Notes: generated by a model from the sequence alone, not told the origin. Counted from the first letter of the stretch, positions 1 through 14,399 are shown. The stretch: DNA of 64,000 bases from Octopus vulgaris (GCA_951406725.2 OX597827.1:66154001-66218000), one strand, 5' to 3'. A program made the numbers and translations.

Positions 1-227
1 TCCAGATCAGCAAGGAAGCAACGTCAGACAGCTGTAGTATCTTATCCGCTTATGTGATTGTGGACTAGAGAGATACCAATATCCAGATATCCAATGCAAT
101 AAGATTTAAGTCAATCAAATTACCGTAATGAGGGATGTACCTTCTACGAAGATAAGAATCTCACCAATAACACGGAATTCATACCTCGTAAATATGCACT
201 CATTTTGGTAACTTGATGAAATAGTTA

Positions 228-279
228 TTACATATACGTAATAAGTTGACCTTACATATACGTAATAAGTTGACCTTAC
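228..279. repeat. 24-bp tandem duplication (ttacatatacgtaataagttgacc x2 + ttac)
   Basis: Two identical adjacent units at 228-251 and 252-275. Confidence 0.9.
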
Positions 280-1243
280 GTGCGCATTAAACAATGACGC
301 TTGTGATTGCATTTAAGACGTTAAAATATTGCGATACAGTTTTGATACCTTAAGACAAAATACGACACTTAAATATGCACAGACTAACCGACATTCATGT
401 TGACAAGGGCATACACTCAGATACATACACAAATAAAATATAATAAAAAGTGATATAATATAATCCTTACACCCATAACCCTATAATTATTTCGCAGTCG
501 ATTTTCTTAACTACTGCCAACACATTCGCTCTCTTTCTCTCCCGTTTCATTTCCTTTAGTCACTCTTTAAACATTATAGTATGCGCGCGTCTGTGTGCGC
601 GCATTTTTTCGAGTGACCACGATATTTGTAGGATATATCTAAAATTGTATGGTCTACATCTTATTTCAACTGATGACACACTTAGAGAAAAAAAACTGTT
701 AAACACACCTATGTTATTTTCTATATTATTCAGCACATACTTGTTTAAAAGTAATAGTTTTCAACACAAGGATTATACGGGAAATCTAGACGGCGTTATA
801 TGCAAATTCTGTCGTAAAAAATATTAGCAAAGCAACCGAGAAATCTAGTTATAAGCTGTAATGTAATGATTATAATTCAGCGAACGAGAGCAGAAACCGA
901 AGAGCTTAGACATGATATTAGCTATTTTCGAGGTTATTTTCTTAATTACTTGATAATTATTCCTTACAATTGTAACATTAACAAACGGAAGAACGCGAAA
1001 TATGCAAATTATGCCTTAAGGAAGATTAACCGAGAGAGAAACACATGTATTTATAGCTGATACCTTATTTCAATGGACTGTTTTTAATTAATCGATAATT
1101 ATTTCTAATAATTAGATGATATAAATAATCCAGTCGTAAAATATGCAAATTCTGCTGCATAGTACGATCAGTGGACTTATTGAGGAATTTATTGGAAATA
1201 CGTTAATATGGAGTAGTCTATTGTCTATCAGTGGAGACATACG

Positions 1244-1476
1244 TATTTCTTTACTACCGACAAGGGGCTAAACAAAAAGAGGACAAACAAGGACAGACAA
1301 ACTGATCAAGTCGATTACATCGACCCCAGTGCGTAACCGGTACATAATTTATAGACCGCGAAATGATGAAAGGCAAAGTTGACCTCGGTGGAATTTGAAC
1401 TCAGAACGTAACGGCAGACGAAATACGGCTACGCATTTTGCCCGGCGTGCTACCGCTTCTGCCAGCTTGCCGCCTT
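1244..1476 (-). mobile_element. tRNA-derived SINE, family A (Meta-domain-like core), full length with TSD
   Basis: Minus strand reads head ggcggcaagctggcagaagc, B-box gttcaaattcc, core gtcaactttgcctttcatc...gtaccggtt, and tail ending gtagtaaagaaata. 13-bp TSD gtggagacatacg at 1231-1243 and 1479-1491. Confidence 0.9.
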
Positions 1477-2098
1477 CTGTGGAGACATACGGACGCACAG
1501 CTCCCTTCATTCCCGCCGCTTCGAGACTTACTTCGAACATCATTTAGTACTCGGAGCTTAAGATTATTAGAAATGTCAAAGAATATCATCCCTTTTAACT
1601 TATCAAAAACGTTGGGATTTAGGTTGGATATAATTTCTCAACAACATATATCTGTAATCGGATCAGTTATCCATTGACTCAACATATCGTTGCAAACGAA
1701 TACAATAATTTTACTGACACAGTTCCGAGGGAGCAATACTTTCTCGAAGATCCAGTGTCAATTGATAGTAAATGATTGCAACTTCTTGTTCGATGTTCAA
1801 AGGCAATCTATGATGAGTGGCAAAACAGGCATCCTACTTCCAGAAGACTTCGGACTAACCTGGCCACAGTCTAATATACATCTGAAGTAAGTTAACGAAA
1901 ACGGATATATCTATTTATCTATCTATCTATGTGTATGTACGTGTGTGTGTGTATTTTTCTTTAACAAGAATTGTATTGGCTGTGAATATGAAATATCGGC
2001 CTGCTACACTCTCATAGGATTGTCATTCATCAAAGTTCTTCTTGGTTATCTTTATTCTCTGTCTAGTTCAAATATCCTGAGATAAGCTAAGATTTGTA

Positions 2099-2134
2099 GT
2101 ATAGAAGACTGTATAGAAGACTGTATAGAAGACT
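2099..2134. repeat. 12-bp unit gtatagaagact x3 at the 5' edge of a SINE array
   Basis: Three exact adjacent copies. Confidence 0.85.
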
Positions 2135-2600
2135 GGGATCGATGTAATCGACTTAATCCGTTTGTCTGTCTTTGTTTGTCCCCTCTGTGGTTAGCCCTTT
2201 GTGGGTAGTAAAGAAATAAGTATTTCCTCTTTCTTTACTTTCTGAGTTCAAATTCCGCCGAGGTCGACTTTGCATTTCATCCTTTAGGAGTTGATTAAAT
2301 AAGTATCAGTTACGCACTGGGGTCGATATAATCGACTTAATCCATTTGTCCTTGTTTTCCCCCTCTATGTTTATCCCCTTGTGGGCAGTAAAGAGATAAG
2401 AAACGTTAGTACACAGGGCGAAATGCATATCGGTATTTCGTCTACCTTTACGTTCAGAGTTCAAATTGTGCCAAGGTTGATTTTGCCTTTCATCCTTCCG
2501 GCGTCGATACATTAAGTACCAGTTATGCACTGGAGTCGATCTAATCGACTGACCCCTCCCCTCAAAATATCGGTCCTTGTGCCTTGAGTAGAAAAGTATA
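2131..2600 (+). mobile_element. Tandem array of about 3 family-A SINE units
   Basis: Core tctgagttcaaatt...gtcgactttgc and tail aatcgacttaatcc...gtaaagaaataag recur; junctions near 2220 and 2400; the last unit ends in an alternative tail (gacccctcccctcaaaa...ccttgtgcc). Confidence 0.85.
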
Positions 2601-2948
2601 TACACAATATACGCAACGGTGATAATTTATATATGTTTCCCTCCATCTAAGAGATATTAGCACCAAGTAAACTTTAAATTATCCCTATCTGCTTTTCTCT
2701 CCAGTTCTATATTTAATCATTAAACACTCACACACGCACATACACTCATCCATATATATATATATAAATATATGTGGAATCTATTGTGATACATAATATC
2801 CGAATTACATAACGCGTAATATGCTTAGGCATCGCAAATGTAATGCATCCATAAGAAGATGTAGATATATTTCTACATCGTCTTCGTACGAGAACATATC
2901 ATAGAAACGCCCACAAGCATATACACACACGCGCACGCACACCTCTGT

Positions 2949-3160
<212 letters not shown>

Positions 3161-3781
3161 TATGTATGTTTATATATGTACATATGTATGCACATGGAGA
3201 TGTTTATGCATTTCATGAGGAATGTTTCTTTTTCAGCTCATAGATAACGATGATTATGTTAACAATATATTGCGACTGTTCGTATATAGTGATACACAAC
3301 GATGTCTTTCACAGCGATGGAACCCCAGGACACAATCCACTAATACTTTTTAACAAACCAAATCCATTAGCACAAAGAAAATTCACATGAACTAGTAAAA
3401 GTTAACATTTGAAAGAATGTAAGTAAAAAAAAAGACATCAAATATTCGATATTACAAATATTACACTGGAGTCGTATCACCAAAAGTACTGAACAAATAT
3501 GCTCGCAACAAAAGAAATTTTGCCTTTTTTCATTCTGTAATGGGTTTTGTTAGTCGTATATATTTCGAGGAAATAAAAGACCGATATTCAACATCTCTGT
3601 AATATACGTGTATACACACCTTTACGTTTTACATGGGGTGTTTTAGTTTAGAAATACACAGAGTATTGCGTATGTAAATGTTCATCGTACAGGCAAATAT
3701 GTTCGCACACATACGAACGCGTACACACACACACGCACTGAAACATGCGCACGTACACAAAACCCAAATATTTACATATAT

Positions 3782-3879
<98 letters not shown>

Positions 3880-4068
3880 ATGGTGATATCTAGCGTAAGC
3901 ATCTATAATATACAACCCTACGAACAGATCATAGTCACAGAAACAGTCAGATACACACATGCAAACATAACTCACACACACAAGCACACACACACACACA
4001 TATATATGTATATATATATATATGCATATGTCTGGATACAGAGAAATGCATGGTTGCATACAAACATT

Positions 4069-4136
<68 letters not shown>

Positions 4137-4206
4137 TATATATATATATATATATATACATACATGTATATATATACATACACATATATACATACATATA
4201 TATATA

Positions 4207-4237
<31 letters not shown>

Positions 4238-4247
4238 ATATATATAT

Positions 4248-4462
4248 TACTCTTTTACTTGTTTCAGTCATTTGACTGCGGCCATGCTGGAGCACCGCAT
4301 TTAGTCTAGCAAATCGACCCCGGGACTTATTCTTTGTAAGCGCAGTACTTATTCTATCGGACTCTTTTGCCGAACCGCTAAGTGACGGGGACGTAAACAC
4401 ACAAGCATCGGTTGTCAAGCAATGATAGGGGGACAAACACACACACACAAACACACACACAT

Positions 4463-4537
<75 letters not shown>

Positions 4538-4694
4538 TAGGACAGGCTTCTTTCAGTTTCCGTCTACCAAATCCACTCACAAGGCATTGGACGGCCCGGG
4601 GCTATAGGAGAAGACACTTGCCCAAGATGCCACGCAGTGGGACTGAACCCAGCACCATGTGGTTGGTTAGCAAGCTACTTACCACACAGCTACT

Positions 4695-4697
<3 letters not shown>
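4248..4697 (-). mobile_element. tRNA-derived SINE, family B (internal CA/TA microsatellite)
   Basis: Minus strand: aggagtagctgtgtggtaagtagcttgc head, gggttcagtccc B-box, cttgggcaagtgtcttc body, internal (TA)n(TG)n, tail tgctccagcatggccgcagtcaaatgactgaaacaagtaaaagagta. Confidence 0.9.
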
Positions 4698-4746
<49 letters not shown>

Positions 4747-6192
4747 CCAATATATATGTATACACACGATCATATTTATATTTGTATATATATGTTTATA
4801 ATATTGTATCTGTGTCCGTGCGTTTCTGAGTGTTTATGTACAAAACGAAATATGCGTGCGGGTGTGTGTGAATAGGTGAGCATGCTTGTGCGTTTGCTTG
4901 TGTGTTAAAATGAAAAACTTTTAAAAATAATGATGCCTTTACATAAAGCTAATGTATTTCAATATGTATATGCCACTTCTAAATACATATATAATGTTAA
5001 ACGAGAATATATTACGGTAAGACGATATTGAATATTGAGTATCGGGTTATAGCAAAATATTTTCTTTATGAAGAATATCAATTTCATTTCTCTATCCATA
5101 AGTGTAGCATCTACGTATACTTAAATGGTTTCATATGCGATCACACATATATATATAGGAGATGCATGCATGAGTGTATATGCGTATGCAATTTCAGACA
5201 GAAAACTCACGTGTGTATACATATATATTTATATATAATAATCCATAGATACATGGATATATATACATACACATATATATATATATAGATCGATATATTC
5301 ATATATATATATATATAGATCGATATATTCATATATATATATATATATATATATTTATGCACACACATTCATATATTAATACGTGCATGCATGTACGTAT
5401 GAATTGATGTATTTTTATGGAAATATAAAAGAGGAGTGGTTATGAATATACATGTGCATTTCAATGTCATGCATTATATATGTAAATTTTTAATGCACCT
5501 TCATCTGTGGGTCCATTAGAAATTTAAATGTTTCTAGCATGTAGGTGGTGGGTCAGTATAATAACATTAAATTTTATCCATGTTCAAACATAGGTACATA
5601 TTTTTTTTCTTCTGATAACCAGCGATTCCATGTGCGCTTCTATGCTTGAAGTGTATTGTATTCTACATTAGATATAAGGATGTAAGAGACGAAATATGAA
5701 GCAAGGTGCTGTGACATATCTTTCTAAAAAATAGTTGTATCTTGTCTCTGCATTCGTAAAAACAGAGACGTATACCCCAACATAGTCACCACAGCATTGA
5801 TACATACATACACACATACACACGCACACACACACACAAAAACACAGACGCACACACACTCACACACACACACATTCACACATACACACACATATATATA
5901 TCTTATATATATATATAAATATAAGATAGCAAAGTGTACGTACGCCGCTATATGTATATATATATATATATAATACACATACATATACATGCATATGTGT
6001 TTACATGTGTACACCCTGAAAAACTACACTTATAATAGTGCCAGGATGCATCTGCAACTGACACTAGCATGTGCAGTGTTCACGCGTGTAGGTCATGAAA
6101 AATATAATAACATGGTGTATAAATTTGTAAAGTAAGGAAAGTACATTTTCAAGATGAACAAGTTACCATCCTGTATATAATCATGTACAGGA

Positions 6193-6228
<36 letters not shown>

Positions 6229-7280
6229 TTCCCACTTTCACACATGCACAGACACACACACACATACAAACAAGTACGCGCGTATATATGTATTCATGTA
6301 TATATGCGTATATCTTTAAACCAATATTTCTTAAATGAAATCGTTCATCAGCCGGTTCTAATTGTAAATATCTGGGTTGAGTCAAAACACTTAAAAACCG
6401 AGCTTTTCTATTTTCTTTTATTTGGACTTATAGGCTTAAGCGAAGTGTAAAGGAGAATTATGAAAAGGTACGATGATCGAATTTCTTATAATTTTATGAT
6501 TTCTCTATATATTCGTCGTATAGTGAGTTCATTCTATGCGAGAATATTTTACGATACAACAAAAAAGATTAATACAGACATACACACACAAGTGGGCGCC
6601 CAGGCATAGACAATTATATATATGGAGTGTGGATAGAATCGGATTTCCCATTAGTTTGTGTAAAGAATATTTCCCACTTTAAAACGGTATGAAAAGTATT
6701 TATTAATTGATATCGATTGCTAGAATGAATTAACAAACTCATTTGATTTTTCAACACAAAATTATATATTAATAACAAAAGTAGTATTTACGGTTGTATA
6801 ATTTTATGTATATTTGTTGAACATTTTAAATAGTTTTCTTATGTGCAATATAATTTACTTCTTGGTTCAGACTATGAAATAAATATTTCATAAATGTTTT
6901 TCTAATTGATTTAGAGTTATTTTCTATAGTGCTTTTATTGTGAGCGCAAATTTACATTACGTACGAGATTGTTTACATTTCATCATAAATCTTAATTTTA
7001 AAATGAAGTAATGCTAGAAAATATTGTAAGCTCGTATAATACCCATTGAAAATTGGCCATATTAATTGCTTTTGAGAACAGGAAGCGTCAAACAAAGTTG
7101 AAAAATAATATACCTGTAGGTGATCTCAGATATTTATTATTAATAAATAAATGTATTTTATTTTCAGGTATTACGTTATATTTATTTTCCAACACGTCAC
7201 ATGTACGATTAATGCATCATCATTGAATTTTTGAGTGAATTTCATCGAGACAATTAAAAGATATACAAATTACATTGCAT

Positions 7281-7336
<56 letters not shown>

Positions 7337-7389
7337 CACAGACATATATAAATATAGATATATATATATATATATATACACATGGATAC

Positions 7390-7438
<49 letters not shown>

Positions 7439-7501
7439 CACATATATATATACACATACATACATTTATATATATATATATATATATATAAACGTAAAAA
7501 C

Positions 7502-7803
7502 GTCGCCTTTTTCAAGCCTAGCCAGACTTATGGGCCAGGTTTCTCGGTTTCTGTGGCGTCTCTGTTCCTCCCGGCTGGATAAGACGCCAGTCCATCGCAG
7601 CGATACTCAAGAAACAGAAAGAGAGAGAGTGAGAGAAAGTTGAGGCGAAAGAGTACAACAGGAGTCACCATCAACCCCTTCCGGATCCTCGTAGAACTTT
7701 TAGGTGTTTCCGTATAATAAACACGATGCCCGGTCTGGGAATCGAACCCATGATCCTCCGACCGCGAGTCTTCTACCCTAACCATTGGGTCATTGCGCCT
7801 CCA
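7502..7803 (-). mobile_element. tRNA-derived SINE, C-group (C-type 5' body + gcgatggactgg tail)
   Basis: Head tggaggcgcaatgacccaatggttaggg...ggttcgattcccagaccgggc and body acacctaaaag match the 9107 copy; tail gcgatggactggcgtc...ctggctaggcttgaaaaggcg matches the 47636 copy. Confidence 0.85.
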
Positions 7804-7823
7804 AACACACACACATACACACA

Positions 7824-7887
<64 letters not shown>

Positions 7888-8097
7888 TGTATATCTACAC
7901 GGATATACATTCATACAGATATTTTTACTCCTCAATTGTCACAATGCATATCGTATCGATTTGCACCAGAAGAAAAACGCGGCGGCCTGTATGAGGATCG
8001 ATCACACAATGTAGCGTTCGTAAGTGCAACCCCCTTAAACGCTAATCCACCTGTCTTCACGCAAACACACACGCGCGCGCCTATGTATTTATATATG

Positions 8098-8137
<40 letters not shown>

Positions 8138-8226
8138 AAAAAGTATATATATAGAGAGAGACAGACACTGAGACAGACACCAAACGTTTAATGCAGGGTG
8201 TTAACGATTCTGTCAGGTCCCTGCTA

Positions 8227-8230
<4 letters not shown>

Positions 8231-8297
<67 letters not shown>

Positions 8298-8315
8298 GTA
8301 GTAGTAGTAGTAGTA
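8231..8315. repeat. (TAG)n microsatellite
   Basis: Direct reading. Confidence 0.95.
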
Positions 8316-8542
8316 CTAATAACTACGGCACTCTTCTAATTTATATTTCTTAATAATAATAATGATGATGATGATGATGATGATGATGATAAGTTGATAA
8401 AAAAGTACCAGTTACTTCCACAAAATAAGCTCCAGTTACATCGATCTCACTCGAGTACTGGGGTCGTAATATGCCCTCCTCGAAGATTCAAAGCGTTGTG
8501 CTTATATTGCTAACAATATTTATCAGGGTTGTATTTGATTCT

Positions 8543-8876
8543 GTGAAGACGCATGGCTCAGTGGTTAGAGTTTCGAGCTTACGATCGTGAAGTTGTGTGT
8601 TCGAATCCGTGACAGGTCTGCATGGTGCGTTCTTGAGCAAGACACCTTATTTCACGTTGCTCCATTTCCTTCAGCTGTAGAAATGAGTCACGACGTCACA
8701 AGTGCTAAGCTTTATCGTCCTTTGCCTTTCCCTTGGATAACACTGGTGGCGTGGAGATGGGATGCCGGTATGCATGGCGACTGCTGGTCTTCCATAAACA
8801 ACCTTGCCCTGACGTGCCTAGGCGGGTAACTTTCTAGGTGCAATTCCATGGTCAGTCATGACCGAAGGGGGTCTCA
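8543..8876 (+). mobile_element. tRNA-derived SINE, C-group (CORE-like body, third tail type)
   Basis: A box tggctcagtgg, B box gttcgaatcc, body ttcttgagcaagacacc-tatttcacgttgctcc...gaaatgagt. Imperfect 14-bp TSD: gtatttgattctgt (8531-8544) and gcatttgattatgt (8877-8890). Confidence 0.8.
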
Positions 8877-9106
8877 GCATTTGATTATGTTTAATGATTC
8901 ATACATCTATTTAATAAGCACTTGATATCCGGTTTAGAATTTTTACAAATTATACATACACCATTAACTTAGTTCAGTACTCTAAAGATTCCTTTGAATT
9001 CTGCTCGTAGCATCTGGCTGTAATCCTTAGGAAATCAGTTCTTTATACTTCCTAGGTGATGATCGGGAAGAATTTTAAGTTATAGCTGACAATGTACTAA
9101 CCGGTG

Positions 9107-9495
9107 TGGAGGCGCAATGGCCAAGTGGTTAGGGCAGCGGACTCGCGGTCATAGGATCTCGGTTTCGATTCCCAGACCGGGCGTTGTGAGTGTTTATTGA
9201 GCGAAAACACCTAAAAGCTCCACATGGCCCTGGCAGGGGATGGTGGTGATCCCTGCTGTACTCTTTCACCACAACTTTCTCTCACTCTTACTTCCTGTTT
9301 CTGTTGTACCTGTACTTCAAAGGGCCGGTCTTGTCACTCTCTGTGTCACGCTGAATATCCCCGAGAACTACGTTAAGGGTACACGTGTCTGTGGAGTGCT
9401 CAGCCACTTACACGTTAATTTCACGAGCAGGCTGTTCCGTTGATTTGGATCAACCAGAACCCTCGTCGTCGTAACCGACGGAGTGCTTCCACTCC
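9107..9495 (+). mobile_element. tRNA-derived SINE, C-group, full length, nested in an older family-A copy
   Basis: Head tggaggcgcaatggccaagtggttaggg...gtttcgattcc; tail cgtcgtcgtaaccgacggag; TSD aaccggt at 9099-9105 and 9499-9505. Confidence 0.9.
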
Positions 9496-9504
9496 ACCAA
9501 CCGG

Positions 9505-9660
9505 TATTTCATCCGGCTCTTTACGTTCCGAGTTCAAATACAGTCGAGCTCACCTTTCCCACGCATCGTTTCGGGGTCGAAAATATGAACCACTTGAGAA
9601 CTAGTATCTGTGTAAACGACTAAACAGAAACGCTGGTTTTTACCCCAAAATTTGAAATTA
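9505..9660 (+). mobile_element. Old family-A SINE remainder (its 5' part lies at about 9075-9105)
   Basis: ggtatttcatccggctctttacgttccgagttcaaat...tttcggggtcga matches the family-A core in diverged form. Confidence 0.7.
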
Positions 9661-10354
9661 CTTCTTAATGATAAAATTACTTTCGTGATAAAATATTGTA
9701 TACAATATAAATAATTTTTTATATCTTCAGATTTAACGAATATTCACAAAACAATTTGATTTCAAATTAAGTAATACAGTTTGGCACAAAATAATTTTAA
9801 ATTATAATCATGTAATTGCCGTCTAGTAACGAGATCAGTTCTCAATAAATATATATCGCATTTAAATGCTAATAATGTTCTGAAGGGTACATCATTATTG
9901 TTAGCAGTGTTTTCAGATTGCAGACTTATCGAATTAGTTTGCCAATACGTTAAATATGAAACATAATTATTCATCTGTTCACGTATGATATTTCCATATG
10001 TGAAAAACAAGTGACATATATAATTCAAAATTAACATTAATCTATGTGCTGTTATAGAAACATCACGTAGATTGAACAAATATATATTGCTCTTTCGAGG
10101 CAAATTTTGAAATTCATACAACAGCATATCAATGATTTAATATTACAATTAAAGCACGTTTATACATGTACACACACACACACACACACACGAGCGCTCA
10201 CACACAGACACACAGACACACACAGACATGTACCTACGAATATACGTATATGTGCAGTCAATTGAAATAAACAAACATTTCATATAAACGAATAAGAACG
10301 GAATTGTGGTCCTGCATATGAAATTTACTAGCTTCACGCTCGTGTGTATGCATT

Positions 10355-10414
<60 letters not shown>

Positions 10415-10663
10415 TGTGTGTGTGTCTGTCTGTCTGTCTGTGTGTGTGTGCGTGTAAGAGAAGGGCAGATAGAGAGAGACAGAGATATAGACAGAAACAG
10501 AGACGGATGTATATATGTATGTATATATAATATAAAATGCATAATTGCCGGAGATGATGAAGCGTGGACTAGGTAGTGTTGCATAAATCCCGGAGACTCT
10601 AATTTCTGACTTCATCAGTCACTGATTTAAATATTGCTTGTGATAAAACTTGTATCAATAATA

Positions 10664-10960
10664 GCCGGTGAGCTGGCAGAAACGTTAGCGCGAAATGCGA
10701 AGCGGTATTTCGTCTGCCGCTATGTTCTGAGTTCAATTTCCACCGAAGTCGACTTTGCCTTTCATCCTTTCGGGGTCGATAAATTAAGTACTAGTTCCGC
10801 ACTGGGGTCGATGTAATCGACTTAATCCCTTTGCGTGTCCTTGTTTGTCCACTATGTTTAGCCCCTCGTGGGTAGTAAAGAAATAGGTATTTCGTCTACC
10901 GCTACGATCTGAGTTCAAATTCCGTCGAGGTCGACTTTGCTTTTGTTCTTTCGGGATCGA
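10664..10960 (+). mobile_element. Family-A SINE plus partial second unit (concatemer)
   Basis: Head gccggtgagctggcagaaacgttagc; junction aaagaaataggtatttcgtct at about 10878-10897. Confidence 0.9.
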
Positions 10961-11169
10961 AGTTACATGATGCACTGGCAATATTGCCATCTTTTCTACT
11001 CCAGCTTATCTCGGCTGCATTTCAACTGAGAAGTGAAAGAGCCTGATAATCTGCCGCTGAAGATTATCTCCGACGTGCTAATGGTACCTGAGAGTTTACC
11101 ACCTTAGTATGGATGGAAAGCTGTTTCAACGGTTGTACATACAGGTTAGAAGAAGTAATGTAAGGGAAA

Positions 11170-11830
11170 TATATCCCGCAAAGTATCTCGCCAGAGAGTT
11201 TTGTAAAAATATTATCGGAACTAGTGAATTGAAACATTTAAGAATTTTCGATAAAATTACAAAAAACAAAAAAAAAAATGTATAGTCCAGTAGGAAATCT
11301 ATGGGCACTTGCAGAGAGGTTCGTTTCGCTAAAGTGCTAAAATATAACAAAAATCCACAATATTCCTATAACAGATATTGCTGGAAGAGCATATAAAAAT
11401 GCCATATGAATATTTCCTGGTATTTTGAGGAAAATTATTGAATAAGAATGATCTCAAACAGCGCTGCTCGATGGGTGATATTTTATTAATGCTTTCAAAA
11501 TGATTTTATATAAAAAAAATATCACATCTTGTTTCAAAACATCGCTTAAAACTTCTTGGGAGAAAAGCGTGAAAATGTCGTTAATATGATGCACATGCTA
11601 ATATGCAGTGCATAACAGTTATCTTAAGTGCTATAGCCAATAAAATTTGCTGTTTTGTCCTTGCATAAAAGAAGCATGTGTGACCAAAACGCATTTTGAA
11701 TATTGTTATTGAATTTACTTTTACAGAGTCGAAGACCGATAGATTGAATGTCAAAAATATGACACGGTTGAAAAAGAGAATTCCGACGTCCTTTAGCCAC
11801 AAGCACGACGTCAATTTCGCGATCTATGAC
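11170..11830 (-). pseudogene. Heavily decayed hAT (Charlie/SPIN-like) transposase fragment
   Basis: Minus-strand frameshifted motifs occur in the expected order: MQGQNSKF-IG (cf. MxGKxKGFVG), ITVMHCIL (cf. HCIIH), SETNLS-LQ (cf. NELNLSLQG). Confidence 0.4.
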
Positions 11831-12696
11831 CGAACCGAAAGTGTTTATTGCTATTTTATTCCATATATTTTATGAAAATGGGAAGAAAACAGAAGTACAT
11901 TTTGGCAAAAGAATTTAATATAAATCTAGCTTCTCAGCGTATTCATGAATTATGCAGTTAAGTAATATCGACATGAGCACTATTTGGAAAGATATAGGTA
12001 TGCGCTAATGATTTTTTTCTGAACTTCCTCAATCAGAATATATCATGGAAGGACTGTCTAGTACTGAAACAGTGATGGACTTTGAAAAGAAAGTGACGAT
12101 GAAAATAGGTGTGAGTTTCTTGTTTTGCATTCGGAAGAAGTAACAGAACACGTTCTTCGTACCTATTCAATATATGAGGGTTCACACAAAAGCAGGACTC
12201 GTAACAGAAACAGAAATACATAAATTAGAATCAAAGAATTTGTTAGGAATTTTTAGAGATTTGACATATAAAACTCATAATGGACATTGACCCTAACATC
12301 GAATATCTTATTAAAATTCGGTGAGATCAAGATAAAAAAAAAAACTGTTCATTGTTACATTGTCACATTGTCCGTGCTGTGAAGGGGATGAAAAAACAAA
12401 AACTCAATTCAAAAGAATTTGACTTATTGATTTTATATAAATAATTTCGTTGAAATTAATATTATTCTCTCCCCATTTTATTTGAACGACAGCAAGAGAT
12501 AAAATATCATTTTAAATATAAAGTTGATTTTAATTCCTATTTTGATTATGCTATTTTACAATGGGCTTCGTTAAAAGAAAATATACAGAAAAATAATGAT
12601 CATTGCTGGCTATTTGAATCACACTGAAGAATATTCAAATACATTCGGTTTGCATGATAAGGATATTTCATTGAATCAAGTGACAGTCGTACTTGG

Positions 12697-12763
<67 letters not shown>

Positions 12764-12776
<13 letters not shown>

Positions 12777-12931
12777 TTAGAGACAAAACCACTATTTTGC
12801 AAAACAAACAAGGAAAGACTTAATCAATACATAAAATTTTAATAAAATTTTATTAAAATTTTATGTATTGATTAAGTCTTTCCTTGTTTGTTTTGCAAAA
12901 TAGTGGTTTTGTCTCTAATTAATATTATATA
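12764..12931. repeat. Perfect 168-bp palindrome (84-bp arms, no spacer) inside a (TA)n tract
   Basis: Centre between 12847 and 12848; attagagacaaaaccactattttgcaaaacaaacaaggaaagacttaatcaatacataaaatttt is mirrored exactly by its reverse complement. Confidence 0.95.
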
Positions 12932-13002
12932 ATATTTTACTATAAAATTGGATTTAATCCTAAATCTGATTTTTTCCCTGTAAATTTGGATTTATTCCCT
13001 AA

Positions 13003-13054
<52 letters not shown>

Positions 13055-13089
13055 AAGAGACTGATAGAAAGACAAAGGGAGAGAGAGAT

Positions 13090-13131
<42 letters not shown>

Positions 13132-13198
13132 AAGTACGAGTGTCAATTGATTCAATGAAATATCCTTATCATGCAAACCGAATTATTTGAATATTCTC

Positions 13199-13267
<69 letters not shown>

Positions 13268-13874
13268 TGTATGTATGTATAATAAAAAAAAGGCTGGGTA
13301 AGTTAAGAACCTGTTTGCTGGAAAGAGGAGTTAATGTCCTGCAAAAACACACATCTCTCGCTATACGTAAACACGCATGGGAAATGCTTCAAACATATTT
13401 CTCCGAATCAATCTTCTCATTTCTTTAAATATGTATAGTAAAATACAAATATGATCATAGATATTCTGATATCAACTGATCTCGCCTTCAGTGTTGAACC
13501 AACACTTAAGTCTTAGCAGCCAGACTTACTATATAAACTACATAAAAGGAAAAGTAAATATAATTTTAGAAACACATGTATACAGATATATATACAAACA
13601 CTCGCGCACACGCATGCATATCATTCCCAAAGCACCTATATGTGAAAGCATATATAGGTGTTTGGTGCAAAGAAGCATACATGTGGATGGTAGCAGACGA
13701 GTATCTTGCGTCATCGGCCCAGTAAACCCAATACCACATCATTTCCTTGTACTGGAAATCATGACTGGCGGGTGGCATCCTCCGATCGGGGCTTATCAAT
13801 TAAATATTTTTTCAATGTGTATGATAGGATCTCTCCTGTATAATAAGATTGTATTCAGTATCCTAACAAAACAA

Positions 13875-13973
<99 letters not shown>

Positions 13974-14399
13974 TGTATGTATGTATACACACACTATCTA
14001 ATCTCGAGAAACCAAGACACATCGATAAGTGACAACTGGCAAGGCATCACACAAACTAAGCAATCAATTCATTAACTGATGAAAAATCAATTAGTCAATT
14101 GCATAGTTAATTATCAAAAACGAGAAATAAAACAAAAATCGTGACTGAGTTTCTTTTGGTAAAATAATCATCATCGCAGCTTCACTTTGCGAAGTGGAAC
14201 ACGAGTCAAAACATAGCAAGTGCAAATATAAAAATTATATATATATATATGTATACGCACACATATATATATACATGCTTACTTGAAAATGGATGCGTGG
14301 CTTTCGATAATATGATAAGATAAATAATATATAAATATATGAATATGTACATACATATAGGTTCTTACCTACTTATATATGTATATATACATGCACATG

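Noticed and set aside
7150-7175. AG|GT recursive-splice-like motifs (also about 31205, 50635 and 61710)
   Set aside because: Weak donors or weak polypyrimidine tracts, expected by chance in AT-rich DNA; no host gene is established.
9107-9185. tRNA genes at SINE heads (also 8543, 47636 and others)
   Set aside because: A and B boxes are present, but no full cloverleaf or acceptor stem, and each runs into a SINE body.
13491-14075. Longer non-repeat ORFs (194 aa here; also 21275-21754, 26272-26772, 46462-46872 and 60159-60587)
   Set aside because: No recognisable domains; they run into microsatellites or SINEs or have low-complexity composition.
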